64,000 nt of DNA. Origin: Candidatus Parcubacteria bacterium (GTDB lineage: Bacteria > Patescibacteriota > Patescibacteriia > Patescibacteriales > UBA12075). Position numbers and translations under genes: made by a program. The stretch is from the NCBI GenBank assembly GCA_963814275.1, contig CAWFCE010000002.1, positions 1,003,263-1,067,262 on the forward strand. Direction: 5' to 3'. The notes beneath the pieces were generated by a model. The model was given only the letters and a program-made list of their open reading frames with translations. It made no database searches and was not told the DNA's origin. Positions 45,264-55,464 of this stretch are shown here, in pieces (within the stretch, counting starts at the first letter, position 1; each line of letters begins with the position of its first letter).

Positions 45264-47525
45264 ATGAGCAAAAAAATAACGTCTTTTTTTGGTATTTTAT
45301 TTATTTTTCCAATGGTGGCAGGGCTTTTTTGTCCGGCCTTGCCCTGCATGGCTTTGGCCGAAGAAAATGGGCTGGACCGTGAATTGGAATTTCCACACCA
45401 GAGCGAAATTATCGTTAAATACTACGGAATAGACGAGTTGAAATATATCCGGTTCGAAGAAGATGAACTCAGGGAGAAACTAGAATATTTCCGCTCCCTC
45501 GAGGATGTCGAGTATGCCGAATTGAATTATCTATATGACGCGTCGATCATTCCCTCCGATACGTTCTACTCCAATCAATGGTACCTGCAAAAAATAAAAG
45601 CAAAAGATGCCTGGGATTATGTGCGAGAGAGCGCAAATATCGTAATCGCGATAATAGACAGCGGTGTGCAAATCAGCCATCCCGACCTGGCCGATAATAT
45701 CTGGCGCAACAGCGGAGAGATCCCCGGCAACAATATCGATGATGACCATAACGGCTACATAGATGACCTAAACGGCTGGGACTTCGTCAACAATAGCTCC
45801 CAGCCGACCGTTAAATTCAACGATGGCTATACGCTGGACGGGGTTTTGCACGGCACGATAGTGGCCGGAGTGGCCGCCGCTTCGGGAAATAACGGAATCG
45901 GAGTCAGCGGTATCACCTGGAATGCCCGGATCATGGCGCTGAAAGCGCTGGATGACCAGGGCTCGGGCGACTCGAAAAATGTTGTCCGGGCGATCGATTA
46001 TGCCGTCGCGAACGGAGCCGATATCATCAATTTGAGCTTTGTCGGCCATGGATTCAGCCAAAGCCTGCAAAACGCGATTCGTAACGCGTACCAGTCGGGA
46101 GTGCTGGTCGTAGCTGCGGCCGGGAACGAGCAGGGACAAGGCAATGGGATAGATATCGACAATGAACCGATCTATCCCGCCTGTATGGACGGTAATACAG
46201 GGGAAAACATGGTTATTGGCGTCAGCGCTACCGACGCCCTGGACCAGAAAGCGAATTTTTCGGGATACGGTTCGAAATGCGTCGACATATCCGCTCCGGG
46301 TGTAAGTATTTTTAGCACTTCTGTCTATGCGCCCGACAAGGAGGTCGACGGGAAAGTTCTGAATAATTATTATGACGGATATTGGGCGGGCACTTCCATG
46401 GCCACTCCGATGATCAGCGGCGCATTGGCCCTGGTTACGGCAGCCAATCCGAGCTTGTCACCGGCGGAAGTGAGGGATTCATTGCTGTCAACGGCTGATT
46501 CTATCGAACGGTTGAATCCCGAGTACCATGGTATGCTTGGAACGGGACGGGTAAACGTGCTGCAGGCGGTGACCAGAGCCAGGACGCTCTTAGAGAACCG
46601 GAAAGTTGAGCTTATATTATCGCCTTATCAGGACAGGAACGGAGTCGTGGATCTGACGGACAGTAAAGGCGATAAAATCAAGGAATTTTCCGCCTACACC
46701 GAGAATTATAAAAATGGGATAAGCACCGCCAGCGGCGATGTTGACGGTGACGGCAAAGACGAAATTGTCACCGGCACAGGCAACGGCGGCGGCCCGCAGG
46801 TACGCGTTTTTAATGCCGATGGCGAGCCTAAGGGGCAGTTTTTCGCCTATGCTGAGAATTTCCGGGGAGGCGTGAATGTCGCGGTAGGGGATATTGACGG
46901 GGATGGAGTGGATGAAATAGTAACCGGAGCTGGAAACGGCGGCGGTCCGCATATAAGAATATTCAATGATCGCGGTGATCTTATGGGCCAATTCTTCGCC
47001 TATGACAAGAATTTCCGGGGAGGCGTGAATGTCGCGGTAGGGGATATTGACGGGGATGGAGTGGATGAAATAGTAACCGGAGCTGGAAACGGCGGCGGTC
47101 CGCAAGTGCGCATTTTCGATCGCCATGGCAATGTGGAAGGCCAATTCTTCGCCTATGACAAGAATTTCCGGGGCGGAGTCAGGGTGGCAGTAGGCAGGTT
47201 AAGCAGGGGGTCGGGCAATAGCATGAATATTATTACCGCGCCCGGCCAGGGCGGCGGACCCCACATCATCGTATATGACAATCATGCCCGTGCAATATCC
47301 CAGTTCTTCGCCTATAGCGAACAATTCCACGGCGGTGTTTCGATAGCCGCGGCTGATATTGATTCCGACGGGCTGGAAGAGATAATCACCGGTGCCGGTC
47401 CGGGAGGGACGCCGCATGTGAGATGTTTTGAAACTAACGGGCAGTTATTGGAGTCTTTCTATGCCTGGCCGCCCGATTTTACCGGAGGAGTAAATGTATC
47501 GGCAATAACATTGTCGGCTGGATAA
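45264..47525 (+). CDS. secreted S8 subtilisin-like serine protease with C-terminal FG-GAP/VCBS-type repeats
   Basis: Signal peptide; catalytic D (AIIDSGV), H (HGTIVAGV), S (GTSMATP); at least 5 repeats of FFAY..NFRGGV.VAVGDIDGDG.DEIVTGAGNGGGP. Confidence 0.9.
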   Translation: MSKKITSFFGILFIFPMVAGLFCPALPCMALAEENGLDRELEFPHQSEIIVKYYGIDELKYIRFEEDELREKLEYFRSLEDVEYAELNYLYDASIIPSDTFYSNQWYLQKIKAKDAWDYVRESANIVIAIIDSGVQISHPDLADNIWRNSGEIPGNNIDDDHNGYIDDLNGWDFVNNSSQPTVKFNDGYTLDGVLHGTIVAGVAAASGNNGIGVSGITWNARIMALKALDDQGSGDSKNVVRAIDYAVANGADIINLSFVGHGFSQSLQNAIRNAYQSGVLVVAAAGNEQGQGNGIDIDNEPIYPACMDGNTGENMVIGVSATDALDQKANFSGYGSKCVDISAPGVSIFSTSVYAPDKEVDGKVLNNYYDGYWAGTSMATPMISGALALVTAANPSLSPAEVRDSLLSTADSIERLNPEYHGMLGTGRVNVLQAVTRARTLLENRKVELILSPYQDRNGVVDLTDSKGDKIKEFSAYTENYKNGISTASGDVDGDGKDEIVTGTGNGGGPQVRVFNADGEPKGQFFAYAENFRGGVNVAVGDIDGDGVDEIVTGAGNGGGPHIRIFNDRGDLMGQFFAYDKNFRGGVNVAVGDIDGDGVDEIVTGAGNGGGPQVRIFDRHGNVEGQFFAYDKNFRGGVRVAVGRLSRGSGNSMNIITAPGQGGGPHIIVYDNHARAISQFFAYSEQFHGGVSIAAADIDSDGLEEIITGAGPGGTPHVRCFETNGQLLESFYAWPPDFTGGVNVSAITLSAG

Positions 47526-47631
47526 AGATTGTTTTTTAAGCTACGAAGACAAATTAAATAATCAAAAGTTGCCGGCTGTCCCGAACATTCGATGGATAAG
47601 ATTTGGTTTTTTTTTATAATAAACAACATAT

Positions 47632-48687
47632 ATGGCAAAAAAAGTAATATTCGACAAGAAAAATGTGCTGGTTATCGGCGGTGCCGGATTTATCGGTTCG
47701 CATCTTTGTGATGCTTTGATCAAAGATGCCAAAGTGATCTGTCTGGATGATTTTTCGTCCGGTGACGAAAAAAACATCGATCATTTGCTGGCGGAACCGG
47801 ATTTTGAATTTGTCCGTCATGATATTACCGATCCGATCGACCTGATGGCCATGCCGGAATTGCAAAAATTCAAGATAGAATTCCAGGGAATTCAGGAGAT
47901 ATACCATCTGGCCTGTCCGATGTCGCCCAAACATTTTGAAGATAATCGTATAAAAATTTTGATGGCGAATTCATATGGCACGAAAAATGCCCTGGATCTG
48001 GCAGTCAAGCACGAGGCGAAATTCTTCCATTTTTCGTCATCCGTCGTATACGGGCAGCGGGAAACATCCCACCATCAGATCAGGGAAAACGATTTCGGCC
48101 AAGTGGATACCCAGTCTCCGACCAGCTGTTATGACGAGGGCAAGCGGTTTTCCGAGTCGCTGGTGGCTACCTATCGCGATAAATATAATCTGGATACCCG
48201 CATTATGCGCCTTTTCCGGGTGTACGGGCCGAGAATGAAATTGAATGACAATCAGATGATTCCCGATATTATTAATAATGCCCTCGATAATACCGATGTC
48301 ATGGTATATGGCGGTAAAGATTTTTCATCCTCGTTTTGTTATGTCGGCGATTGTATCGATGCGGTTATGAAGTTGATGGAATCGGATATTAAAGACCCGA
48401 TTAATATCGGATCCGATGTCGAGATCAATCTTACCGATCTGGCGGAAAAAGTTATCGCAATTACACGCTCGAAATCAAGCATCAGCTATTCCGGGCAAAT
48501 ACTATTTATGCGCCCGCTACTGATTCCCGATATCGCGAAAGCGCGCAATGAGCTGGGTTGGATGCCGGTTATCGCTTTGGACAAAGGCCTGGAAATGACG
48601 ATATATGAATTACAGGCCGTGAAGGGCCTTAAAAGCGCAGATATAGCGCCTAATGATAAAAGGGGAAATAATGGACAATACACTTAA
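47632..48687 (+). CDS. NAD-dependent sugar epimerase/dehydratase (UDP-glucuronate decarboxylase-like SDR)
   Basis: GGAGFIGSHL; YDEGKR (YxxxK). Confidence 0.85.
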   Translation: MAKKVIFDKKNVLVIGGAGFIGSHLCDALIKDAKVICLDDFSSGDEKNIDHLLAEPDFEFVRHDITDPIDLMAMPELQKFKIEFQGIQEIYHLACPMSPKHFEDNRIKILMANSYGTKNALDLAVKHEAKFFHFSSSVVYGQRETSHHQIRENDFGQVDTQSPTSCYDEGKRFSESLVATYRDKYNLDTRIMRLFRVYGPRMKLNDNQMIPDIINNALDNTDVMVYGGKDFSSSFCYVGDCIDAVMKLMESDIKDPINIGSDVEINLTDLAEKVIAITRSKSSISYSGQILFMRPLLIPDIAKARNELGWMPVIALDKGLEMTIYELQAVKGLKSADIAPNDKRGNNGQYT

Positions 48688-49369
48688 AAATATTTATTGC
48701 ATAATACCCGCCTTCAACGAAGGCGCCCATATCGCAGAGGTTGTCAAAGACGCAAAGCTTTATGTCGACCGGGTGATAGTGGTTGACGATGGTTCATCCG
48801 ACAATACGTTTGAGGCAGCCGAATCAGCCGGCGCTATCGTTTTGCGGCATTTGACGAACCGCGGACAGGGTGCGGCACTGGAAACAGGCGACCTCTTTGC
48901 GTTGTCCGCAGGCGCTTATGCCTTGGTTCATTTCGATGCTGACGGACAATTCTTGGCAACGGAAATAAACGATATGATCGAGCCCATAAGCAATGGCCAG
49001 GCTGATGTTGTGATTGGTTCGAGATTCCTGGGTAAAAGATCGGAAATTCCCCGATTCAAAAGATACGTCATTTTTCCCATAGCAAAAATCGTTAATCGGA
49101 TCCTTTTTGGTATTCGCCTGACTGATCCGCAAAACGGCTTCCGGGCGTTAAGCCGCCAGGCGGCGGAAAAAATCCGCATCACCAATGACGGCGGCGCCCA
49201 TTGTACCGAAATAATAGCATCCGCCCTATCCTTCGGATTTAGGATCAAAGAAGTCCCCGTGTCCGTGATCTATAATGATTTCGGCCAGGGATTTCTCGCC
49301 GGTAAAGGGCGGGGAGTAGGCGGTTTCCGTATCTTTAAGGACCTGTTGTTCAGTAAAATAATAAAATAG
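48671..49369 (+). CDS. family 2 glycosyltransferase
   Basis: IIPAFNEG…VVVDDGSSDNT…DADGQ. Confidence 0.85.
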   Translation: MDNTLKNIYCIIPAFNEGAHIAEVVKDAKLYVDRVIVVDDGSSDNTFEAAESAGAIVLRHLTNRGQGAALETGDLFALSAGAYALVHFDADGQFLATEINDMIEPISNGQADVVIGSRFLGKRSEIPRFKRYVIFPIAKIVNRILFGIRLTDPQNGFRALSRQAAEKIRITNDGGAHCTEIIASALSFGFRIKEVPVSVIYNDFGQGFLAGKGRGVGGFRIFKDLLFSKIIK

Positions 49370-49493
49370 CTATATTATTTATGGTCGGACACCGGGTCCG
49401 CGAGATGAGATTCCATCCGAAACCATGTTTGCGGGGTAACGCCAGCCAGAGCGAATATGCTTTTGGCCAATTTAAAAATTCATTTGACAAAAT

Positions 49494-49829
49494 ATGATTC
49501 AACAGCTTTTGGCCGTGATCGTAATCGCTTTTTTCATCATCCGCTTATTCCAGCAAAGACGGAACAATTCGATCTCCAAGGGTGAGTATTTGCTCTGGCT
49601 GGTGTTTTGGATACTAACCGGCTTATCGGTGATATTTATCAAATATATAGACCGGCTTGTTGGTTTTTTCGGCTTTAGCGGTTCGGGGATCGAAGTGCTT
49701 TTGTATCTGGCGGTAGCATTGATGTTTTACCTGTTTTTCCGGCTTAGGATAAAAATCGAAAGGATCGAAAAGGAGTTGACCAAGGTGGTAAGGGCAATTG
49801 CAATCGATAAAAAAAACAAAAATAAATAA
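49494..49829 (+). CDS. small membrane protein, DUF2304-like
   Basis: About 110 aa with 3-4 helices; lies directly after a GT2 gene, which is a common context for this family. Confidence 0.45.
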   Translation: MIQQLLAVIVIAFFIIRLFQQRRNNSISKGEYLLWLVFWILTGLSVIFIKYIDRLVGFFGFSGSGIEVLLYLAVALMFYLFFRLRIKIERIEKELTKVVRAIAIDKKNKNK

Positions 49830-49831
49830 TT

Positions 49832-50434
49832 ATGGACCCCAAAGACCTAATAATAGAATTTGTTAATACCGTATTTTTGATTTTGCTGGTCACCTTTGTT
49901 ATTTTTTATTTCATTGTCGGAAAACGCTATGCGGTGGCGGCCGAAATGGTTAAAATGGCCATGCCGTTAGTTTTGTTCGTGATAGTTTTGCTTTTCAAAA
50001 CCAAGGAACATCGCTACAAGGCCAGAAGGCTGAGGAGTGACAACACTGAGGACGAAGTTGTATTCTATCCGTCGAACAAAACAATTACCATCGACCGTTT
50101 CGTCATAATATTCATAATCATTTTTATTATTCTGGTGCCGATAATCGACGGCAGGATATTTTTTGAAGATTTTTGCCAAAGCATTATTATCGGTTTACTA
50201 CTGTTCGCCTGGCATCGTCATCTATTTATAACGTCCAAAGCCGGCATCGAAAACATCGGCATTACCCGCAAACAGAAAGGACAGGATGAAGTCATCATAT
50301 TTTTGATACCGGTGATTGTCCTGGGAATCGCCTTGATCAATCGGGACATCGATTATACCGATTTGGCGCAAGCTCTCATTCCTTTTGCCCTGTATTTTTT
50401 ATGGCGCCAATACATGTTTCGGCAGGGAGAATAA
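49832..50434 (+). CDS. hypothetical polytopic membrane protein
   Basis: ORF with about 5 hydrophobic helices. Confidence 0.5.
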   Translation: MDPKDLIIEFVNTVFLILLVTFVIFYFIVGKRYAVAAEMVKMAMPLVLFVIVLLFKTKEHRYKARRLRSDNTEDEVVFYPSNKTITIDRFVIIFIIIFIILVPIIDGRIFFEDFCQSIIIGLLLFAWHRHLFITSKAGIENIGITRKQKGQDEVIIFLIPVIVLGIALINRDIDYTDLAQALIPFALYFLWRQYMFRQGE

Positions 50435-50438
50435 ACAA

Positions 50439-51566
50439 ATGAAAATCGCACAAATCGTATGCGCCTATCCGCCTTACCGTTCGGGGATCGGCAAGGTGGC
50501 GGCTTTTTTTCATAATGCCGCCAAAAATAGCGGCTTTGACTCAGTCGTATTCACCCCGCTTTTCCGTAAAGCGATAATATCAGGCGAAGACAGCGCAATA
50601 AAACGCCTGAAACCATGGCTCGAATACGGTAATGCGGCCTTTATCCCACAACTAATTCTAAAGTTGCGGGATTTTGATATTGTTCATCTTCATTACCCAT
50701 TTTTCGGCGGCAGCGAGGCGGTGTGGCTGGCAAAACGGTTCAATGCCGGCCCGGGCAAGCTGATTATCCATTATCACATGGACACGCCGGGTTTGCCCTT
50801 CTGTATTCGCCCGTTAAGCCTGCCTTCACTGATTTTGAAAAAATCATTATTTCGATGTGCTTCGGTTGTTACCTGTGCCAGCCTTGATTATGTTGAGAGT
50901 AGCCAGATTAGGAAGATTTATTATGAAAATACCGAAAAATTCATTGAACTGCCGTTTGGCGTAGATGAAAATAAATATTATATCGGAAATAATATAGTTA
51001 AAGACGGCAAAAGCATACTTTTCGTCGGGGGACTGGACAAAGCGCATGATTTCAAAGGATTATCAGTACTGTTTGGCGCTTGCCGACTGCTCAAAACTGC
51101 CGGTTGGCGCCTACGGATAGCGGGCAGCGGAGAACTTCTTGAATTGTATCGGAAACAGGCAAACAAATTAGGCTCGGGTGGGTTGGTCGAATTTTTGGGA
51201 GGAATTTCCGATCAAGAGCTGGCCGATGAATATCGCCGGGCATCCGTATTCGTTTTGCCTTCAATAAACAGGAATGAAGCATTTGGCTTAGTGCTTCTGG
51301 AAGCCATGGCTTCCGGAACCCCGGTTGTGGCCAGTGATCTGCCCGGTGTGCGCAAGGTCTTCGAATCGGGAAAGCAGGGATATCTGGCAATTGCCGGAGA
51401 CAGTTCAGACCTGGCCAATAAGATCGATTCGATATTGTCCAGAATTGATTTGCGGGACTCAATGGGATTAGCGGCGCGCCGCTTGGTTCTGGAGAAATAC
51501 AGTCAGTCCAAGACCGCTGACCGCCTGATGGAAATTTACAAAAAAGTTTATTCCAATAGAACATAA
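50439..51566 (+). CDS. family 4 (GT-B) glycosyltransferase
   Basis: MKIAQIVCAYPPYRSGIG…; E-x7-E region (PSINRNEAFGLVLLEAMASGTPVV). Confidence 0.85.
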   Translation: MKIAQIVCAYPPYRSGIGKVAAFFHNAAKNSGFDSVVFTPLFRKAIISGEDSAIKRLKPWLEYGNAAFIPQLILKLRDFDIVHLHYPFFGGSEAVWLAKRFNAGPGKLIIHYHMDTPGLPFCIRPLSLPSLILKKSLFRCASVVTCASLDYVESSQIRKIYYENTEKFIELPFGVDENKYYIGNNIVKDGKSILFVGGLDKAHDFKGLSVLFGACRLLKTAGWRLRIAGSGELLELYRKQANKLGSGGLVEFLGGISDQELADEYRRASVFVLPSINRNEAFGLVLLEAMASGTPVVASDLPGVRKVFESGKQGYLAIAGDSSDLANKIDSILSRIDLRDSMGLAARRLVLEKYSQSKTADRLMEIYKKVYSNRT

Positions 51567-51611
51567 ACCCTGAAAATCGCCGGTGCATCGGGGTGTGGAA
51601 AAAATCCTTTT

Positions 51612-52772
51612 ATGAAGATTTGTATCATCAACAATATATATAGCGATAGCAATAAGTCGTCAGGATCGGAGCGGATAGCCAAGCACATGGCGGAAGAGCT
51701 GACCCGCCAAGGACATAATGTGTTCATTATCGCAACAGGCAATAACACGTCCCATGACGCCGCAAAAAGGATTTATCGCATAAAGAGTGTTTTTGGTCGT
51801 TTGCCGGGTATGCCCATGGCGATCAGGCTTATTTGGCACTGGTGGGACGCGGTAAATTTGGTATCATATTTTAAAATTCGTAAAATATTGTCACGCGAAA
51901 AGCCCGACATTACCATATCCCATAATCTCAAAGGGCTTGGGCTGGTCAGTGCCCGGGCAATTCGCTCTTATGGGGGGCAACACATCCATATTTTGCATGA
52001 CCTGCAGTTAATTTATCCTTCCGGGCTTTTGTATTGGGGGAGAGAGGGCGTACTTCGCCTGCCCTGGTCGCGACTTTATGGTTTTATAAGCCGAATTTGT
52101 GTCGGTTCACCGGTAAAAGTAATAGCACCGTCAAGCTGGCTGCTCGATTTACATCGGAAAGCGGGATTTTTTCGCAAAGCCAAACATGCGGTGGTTCTGA
52201 ACCCGATAATGGTTGATACCGGAGATTCGATATCCGCAAGTAAAACAAGCTACTCCGAATTCGCCTTTTTATATGTCGGCCAAATTAATAATGCCAAGGG
52301 GGTGGATATACTGTTAGATGCCTACGAGGTGGCCAGAAAGGGGATTGCGGCGCGTATCAAGCTCGTTATAATCGGATATGGCGAACGAAAAAAGGAATGG
52401 CAAACTAAATATGAACAAAGGGAAGATATATCGATTCCCGAAGAACCCAGCCATCAAGATGTTTTGGCGGCTATGTATGCAACCGACTGCTTGGTCGTTC
52501 CTTCCCGTTGCTATGAAAATTCCCCCACAGTGATCTATGAGGCGGCCGGCACGGGCTTACCGGTAATCGCCGCTAATATTGGCGGGATACCAGAGCTGAT
52601 CTCTGTTTTCGGAGGTAAATTGTTCACTCCAGACAACAGTAAAGATTTAGCGAATGCGATGCTTTGGGCATATGATAATCGGCTCGATATGATCAATGCC
52701 GCGCGTCTGGCTATGGACAAGATCGGCGAATATAATACCAGGCGTTATCTGAAAAGTTTATTATCAGCATAA
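51612..52772 (+). CDS. family 4 (GT-B) glycosyltransferase
   Basis: …PSRCYENSPTVIYEAAGTGLPVIAANIGGIPE. Confidence 0.8.
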   Translation: MKICIINNIYSDSNKSSGSERIAKHMAEELTRQGHNVFIIATGNNTSHDAAKRIYRIKSVFGRLPGMPMAIRLIWHWWDAVNLVSYFKIRKILSREKPDITISHNLKGLGLVSARAIRSYGGQHIHILHDLQLIYPSGLLYWGREGVLRLPWSRLYGFISRICVGSPVKVIAPSSWLLDLHRKAGFFRKAKHAVVLNPIMVDTGDSISASKTSYSEFAFLYVGQINNAKGVDILLDAYEVARKGIAARIKLVIIGYGERKKEWQTKYEQREDISIPEEPSHQDVLAAMYATDCLVVPSRCYENSPTVIYEAAGTGLPVIAANIGGIPELISVFGGKLFTPDNSKDLANAMLWAYDNRLDMINAARLAMDKIGEYNTRRYLKSLLSA

Positions 52773-52803
52773 TTATCGCATATATATTGAAGGAACCGAA
52801 AAA

Positions 52804-52825
52804 AGCGGCTGATCGCCGCTTTTCT
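52804..52825. terminator. bidirectional hairpin terminator
   Basis: agcggc-tgatc-gccgct flanked by an A-run and a T-run; lies between convergent genes. Confidence 0.55.
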
Positions 52826-52843
52826 GCTATACTGATGGCTATT

Positions 52844-53083
52844 CTAATGTGTTGACTTAATTCTGATGCCTTCTATGATTTCGTCGAATTTCTCCAGGTT
52901 TATGTCGCCGGAAGAACGGGCAGAAAGCATATCCACTTCGTCCTGGTCTATTACGTAGGCGCCATAAACATAATGCTTTAGGAAAACAAAAAGATAAAAG
53001 CAGGCAACCATATTCACGACAATAAGCAAAACATACAGATACCTGAATATTAGTTCGTTGGAAAACGCAATTTTTAATTTCAT
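52844..53083 (-). CDS. small single-pass membrane protein at the end of the pilus operon
   Basis: 79-aa ORF with one TM helix (YLYVLLIVVNMVACFYLFVFL). Confidence 0.45.
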   Translation of the reverse strand: MKLKIAFSNELIFRYLYVLLIVVNMVACFYLFVFLKHYVYGAYVIDQDEVDMLSARSSGDINLEKFDEIIEGIRIKSTH

Positions 53084-53106
53084 ATCATGTTAGATTATCC
53101 GGTAAA

Positions 53107-53712
53107 TTATTGCCAGTAAGTGCTGGACATGATCTGCATATTATAAACCATGTCCGCGTTTCCCGGCAAACGGTTTTCTGGCGTAATTTCCTCTTGGACG
53201 GGCAGGGAAGTGTTTCCGGAGCTAAGTTTTAGTTGGTTAACGGATATGTAGTAATCCATCGTTTCCAGGTCAATCAAATATTTGAGGATGCTGCCCATTT
53301 TGCCGTTTATATTTATTTGCAGCGGAATAATCTCGTAATTGCCCGAATTTTTTCCGTTTTTGACATCAAGCTGAATATTTTGGGTGACACTATTATTCCG
53401 GGCGATGCCCTCCAGCGCTGTAATGAATTCCAACTCGCGGTTATGGTTGATATAAGCGGCAGAAAGCGTATCCAGGTCCGGTTCGATCTTTTTCAGTTTG
53501 GCGCTTAATATGGTGCTATTTTTTTCCTGGTTAAGCTGCTTTTCCATTTCTACTTTCTGCGTAACTATTTCCCCGCGTAAAGACTTGATCGAGTTTGCAA
53601 TCGGTATAATGCCAAAATATACCGCGGCGACAGATGCCACAACGAAAAATAACGATAAATACATGATTCGGCTATTGTAATTCGTGGAAATTTTCAAATT
53701 ATTCAAATTCAT
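53107..53712 (-). CDS. PilO-like pilus assembly protein
   Basis: Single TM (MYLSLFFVVASVAAVYFGII) followed by a coiled-coil, positioned after pilN. Start is uncertain (53712 or 53664); the longer track ORF overlaps pilN. Confidence 0.5.
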   Translation of the reverse strand: MNLNNLKISTNYNSRIMYLSLFFVVASVAAVYFGIIPIANSIKSLRGEIVTQKVEMEKQLNQEKNSTILSAKLKKIEPDLDTLSAAYINHNRELEFITALEGIARNNSVTQNIQLDVKNGKNSGNYEIIPLQININGKMGSILKYLIDLETMDYYISVNQLKLSSGNTSLPVQEEITPENRLPGNADMVYNMQIMSSTYWQ

Positions 53713-54256
53713 AAGTTTTGAAAGTGGTATTGATGGTAAAATTAATATTGCTTTGTGCGAGGAGGTTGTTGATCGGGAAATCAATTTCGTTGAAATAGCC
53801 GGAATTTTCCAGGCTCGCTTTAAAATCGAGCAGATTGGTTCTGGTGGAGGCGTACCCGGAAAAATTGATCGTCCCCGCATCTTTATTGATTGTGATGTTA
53901 TTTATAATCAGGTCTTTGTCCGTAACTTGTCCGATAAATTCCAGGAAATATGACCAATATACCGTATTTTTTTGGATAGCATCCATATCCGTCAACTCAC
54001 TGTTAATAATTTTTACCCGTTCGTTGTAGTCCTGCGTGTTTTTCGTCAATAAAGTGGTTTCGCGGGTGGTTTTGCCCAGGTATACGTTAAGCAGGATTTT
54101 TCCGGCAACAAAAATAAGTACGTAAATTGCCATGCAAAAAATTATCCACCCATAAAGGTGCTTCAGGTGCTTGTAGATGGATTTGATCTTAAGCTCTTTT
54201 TTAAGCTCCGGTGAAATAATATTCAAAGTAATCATAATTTTAGGATTTGCCGGCAA
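53699..54256 (-). CDS. PilN-like pilus assembly protein
   Basis: Short cytoplasmic N-terminus, one TM helix and a periplasmic domain; positioned after pilM. Confidence 0.55.
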   Translation of the reverse strand: MPANPKIMITLNIISPELKKELKIKSIYKHLKHLYGWIIFCMAIYVLIFVAGKILLNVYLGKTTRETTLLTKNTQDYNERVKIINSELTDMDAIQKNTVYWSYFLEFIGQVTDKDLIINNITINKDAGTINFSGYASTRTNLLDFKASLENSGYFNEIDFPINNLLAQSNINFTINTTFKTYEFE

Positions 54257-55370
54257 TTATCGAGCGAAGTGCCAGTCCGATTGCTGGGGCATAGGACAGT
54301 CCGTTGTTGCTCATGTTCGTTGCCGGGAGATTGTTTTTTGACTCGGGGTCATTTACGGGGGTAAGCCATTTCGAAAATTTGCCCGTATCCTCGTTAAGAT
54401 TCGTGAAAATATTTCCGACCACGGTAGTCACCGCTATTTTATCGTGTATTAATTTATCCAGATCTTTGATGTTCGAACCGCCACCGGTAATAATAATTTC
54501 GGATACCGGTCCGCGATTGCCGTAATGACTGTTGTAATAATCTATGGAAATTTCCATACGGTTAATCAAACTGTTTATTAATGATGACAATATGTCCGCC
54601 ACAATACCGTGAGCTTGCGATTTGTCAAGACCGCATATGAGTTTAGCTTTTTCCGCCTGCTCGCGTTTGATCTCAAGGGTTTTTGAGATTTCGTCAGTGG
54701 CAGCTTCGCTCGAAATCGGGATGCTGACCGACAGCGCGATCGTACCCTTTGAATAAACAGTCAAATTCGAGTTCATGGCACCGATATCGATCAGAGCGTA
54801 ATTCTTGTCAAGAGGACCATTGTATTTTTTGTTTTCTTCCGGCAATAAACAACGGCACATTGCCACCGAACCAGTCTCTAGGGCGGAGATCGTTAATTTA
54901 GTGCCACGCAATAACTCAATATAGCTGTTCACGATGCCTTTGGGCGCCGCGCCGATAAGAATATCGAAACTGTCTTTTTTTTCTTTGATGATCTGCCAGT
55001 CATAATAAATTTCCTTTGCGGTCAAGGGGATGTGTTTTTCAAGTTCGGCGCCGATAAGGTCGGCGATGTTATTGGGCGATTTATCGATTGATATAAGCTT
55101 GATGAAGGTTCTGCTTTCCGGTAAAGAGGCCACCACGCTATTGGTCGTAAATGAACCATATATGGGTTTGCTCAGAAGCTTATTGATGTTTTTGCTTAAT
55201 TCGGCGTAATCCTTTGGCATGCCGTCAACAATCAATCCTTCCGGCAGCCGGTATCGTCCGAAAGCCTGAATTTTCGTGTGTTCCCCGGCTTTTTTTAGCT
55301 GGAAGGCTTTTATTGAGCGGTCCGAGATGTCAAGGCCGAATGAAGTTGTTTTATTTCCGGAAAAAATCAT
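54240..55370 (-). CDS. pilM: type IV pilus assembly protein PilM (actin-like ATPase fold)
   Basis: FGLDISDRSIKAF…; IDIGAMNSNLTVY…; IIITGGGSNI. Confidence 0.8.
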   Translation of the reverse strand: MIFSGNKTTSFGLDISDRSIKAFQLKKAGEHTKIQAFGRYRLPEGLIVDGMPKDYAELSKNINKLLSKPIYGSFTTNSVVASLPESRTFIKLISIDKSPNNIADLIGAELEKHIPLTAKEIYYDWQIIKEKKDSFDILIGAAPKGIVNSYIELLRGTKLTISALETGSVAMCRCLLPEENKKYNGPLDKNYALIDIGAMNSNLTVYSKGTIALSVSIPISSEAATDEISKTLEIKREQAEKAKLICGLDKSQAHGIVADILSSLINSLINRMEISIDYYNSHYGNRGPVSEIIITGGGSNIKDLDKLIHDKIAVTTVVGNIFTNLNEDTGKFSKWLTPVNDPESKNNLPATNMSNNGLSYAPAIGLALRSIIAGKS

Positions 55371-55464
55371 ATTGGAAATTATAACATAATTTTATGTTAT
55401 TAAATACAAAGCCGGCTCGGGATGTCAAATATTGGCTTTGATAGTATAAATAGTTTGGTTAAGG

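Noticed and set aside
46600-47500. Diversity-generating retroelement (template/variable repeat) explanation for the near-identical repeats in the S8 protease
   Set aside because: No reverse transcriptase is present in the window, and differences between copies are not adenine-specific. Simple tandem duplication of FG-GAP units explains the pattern.
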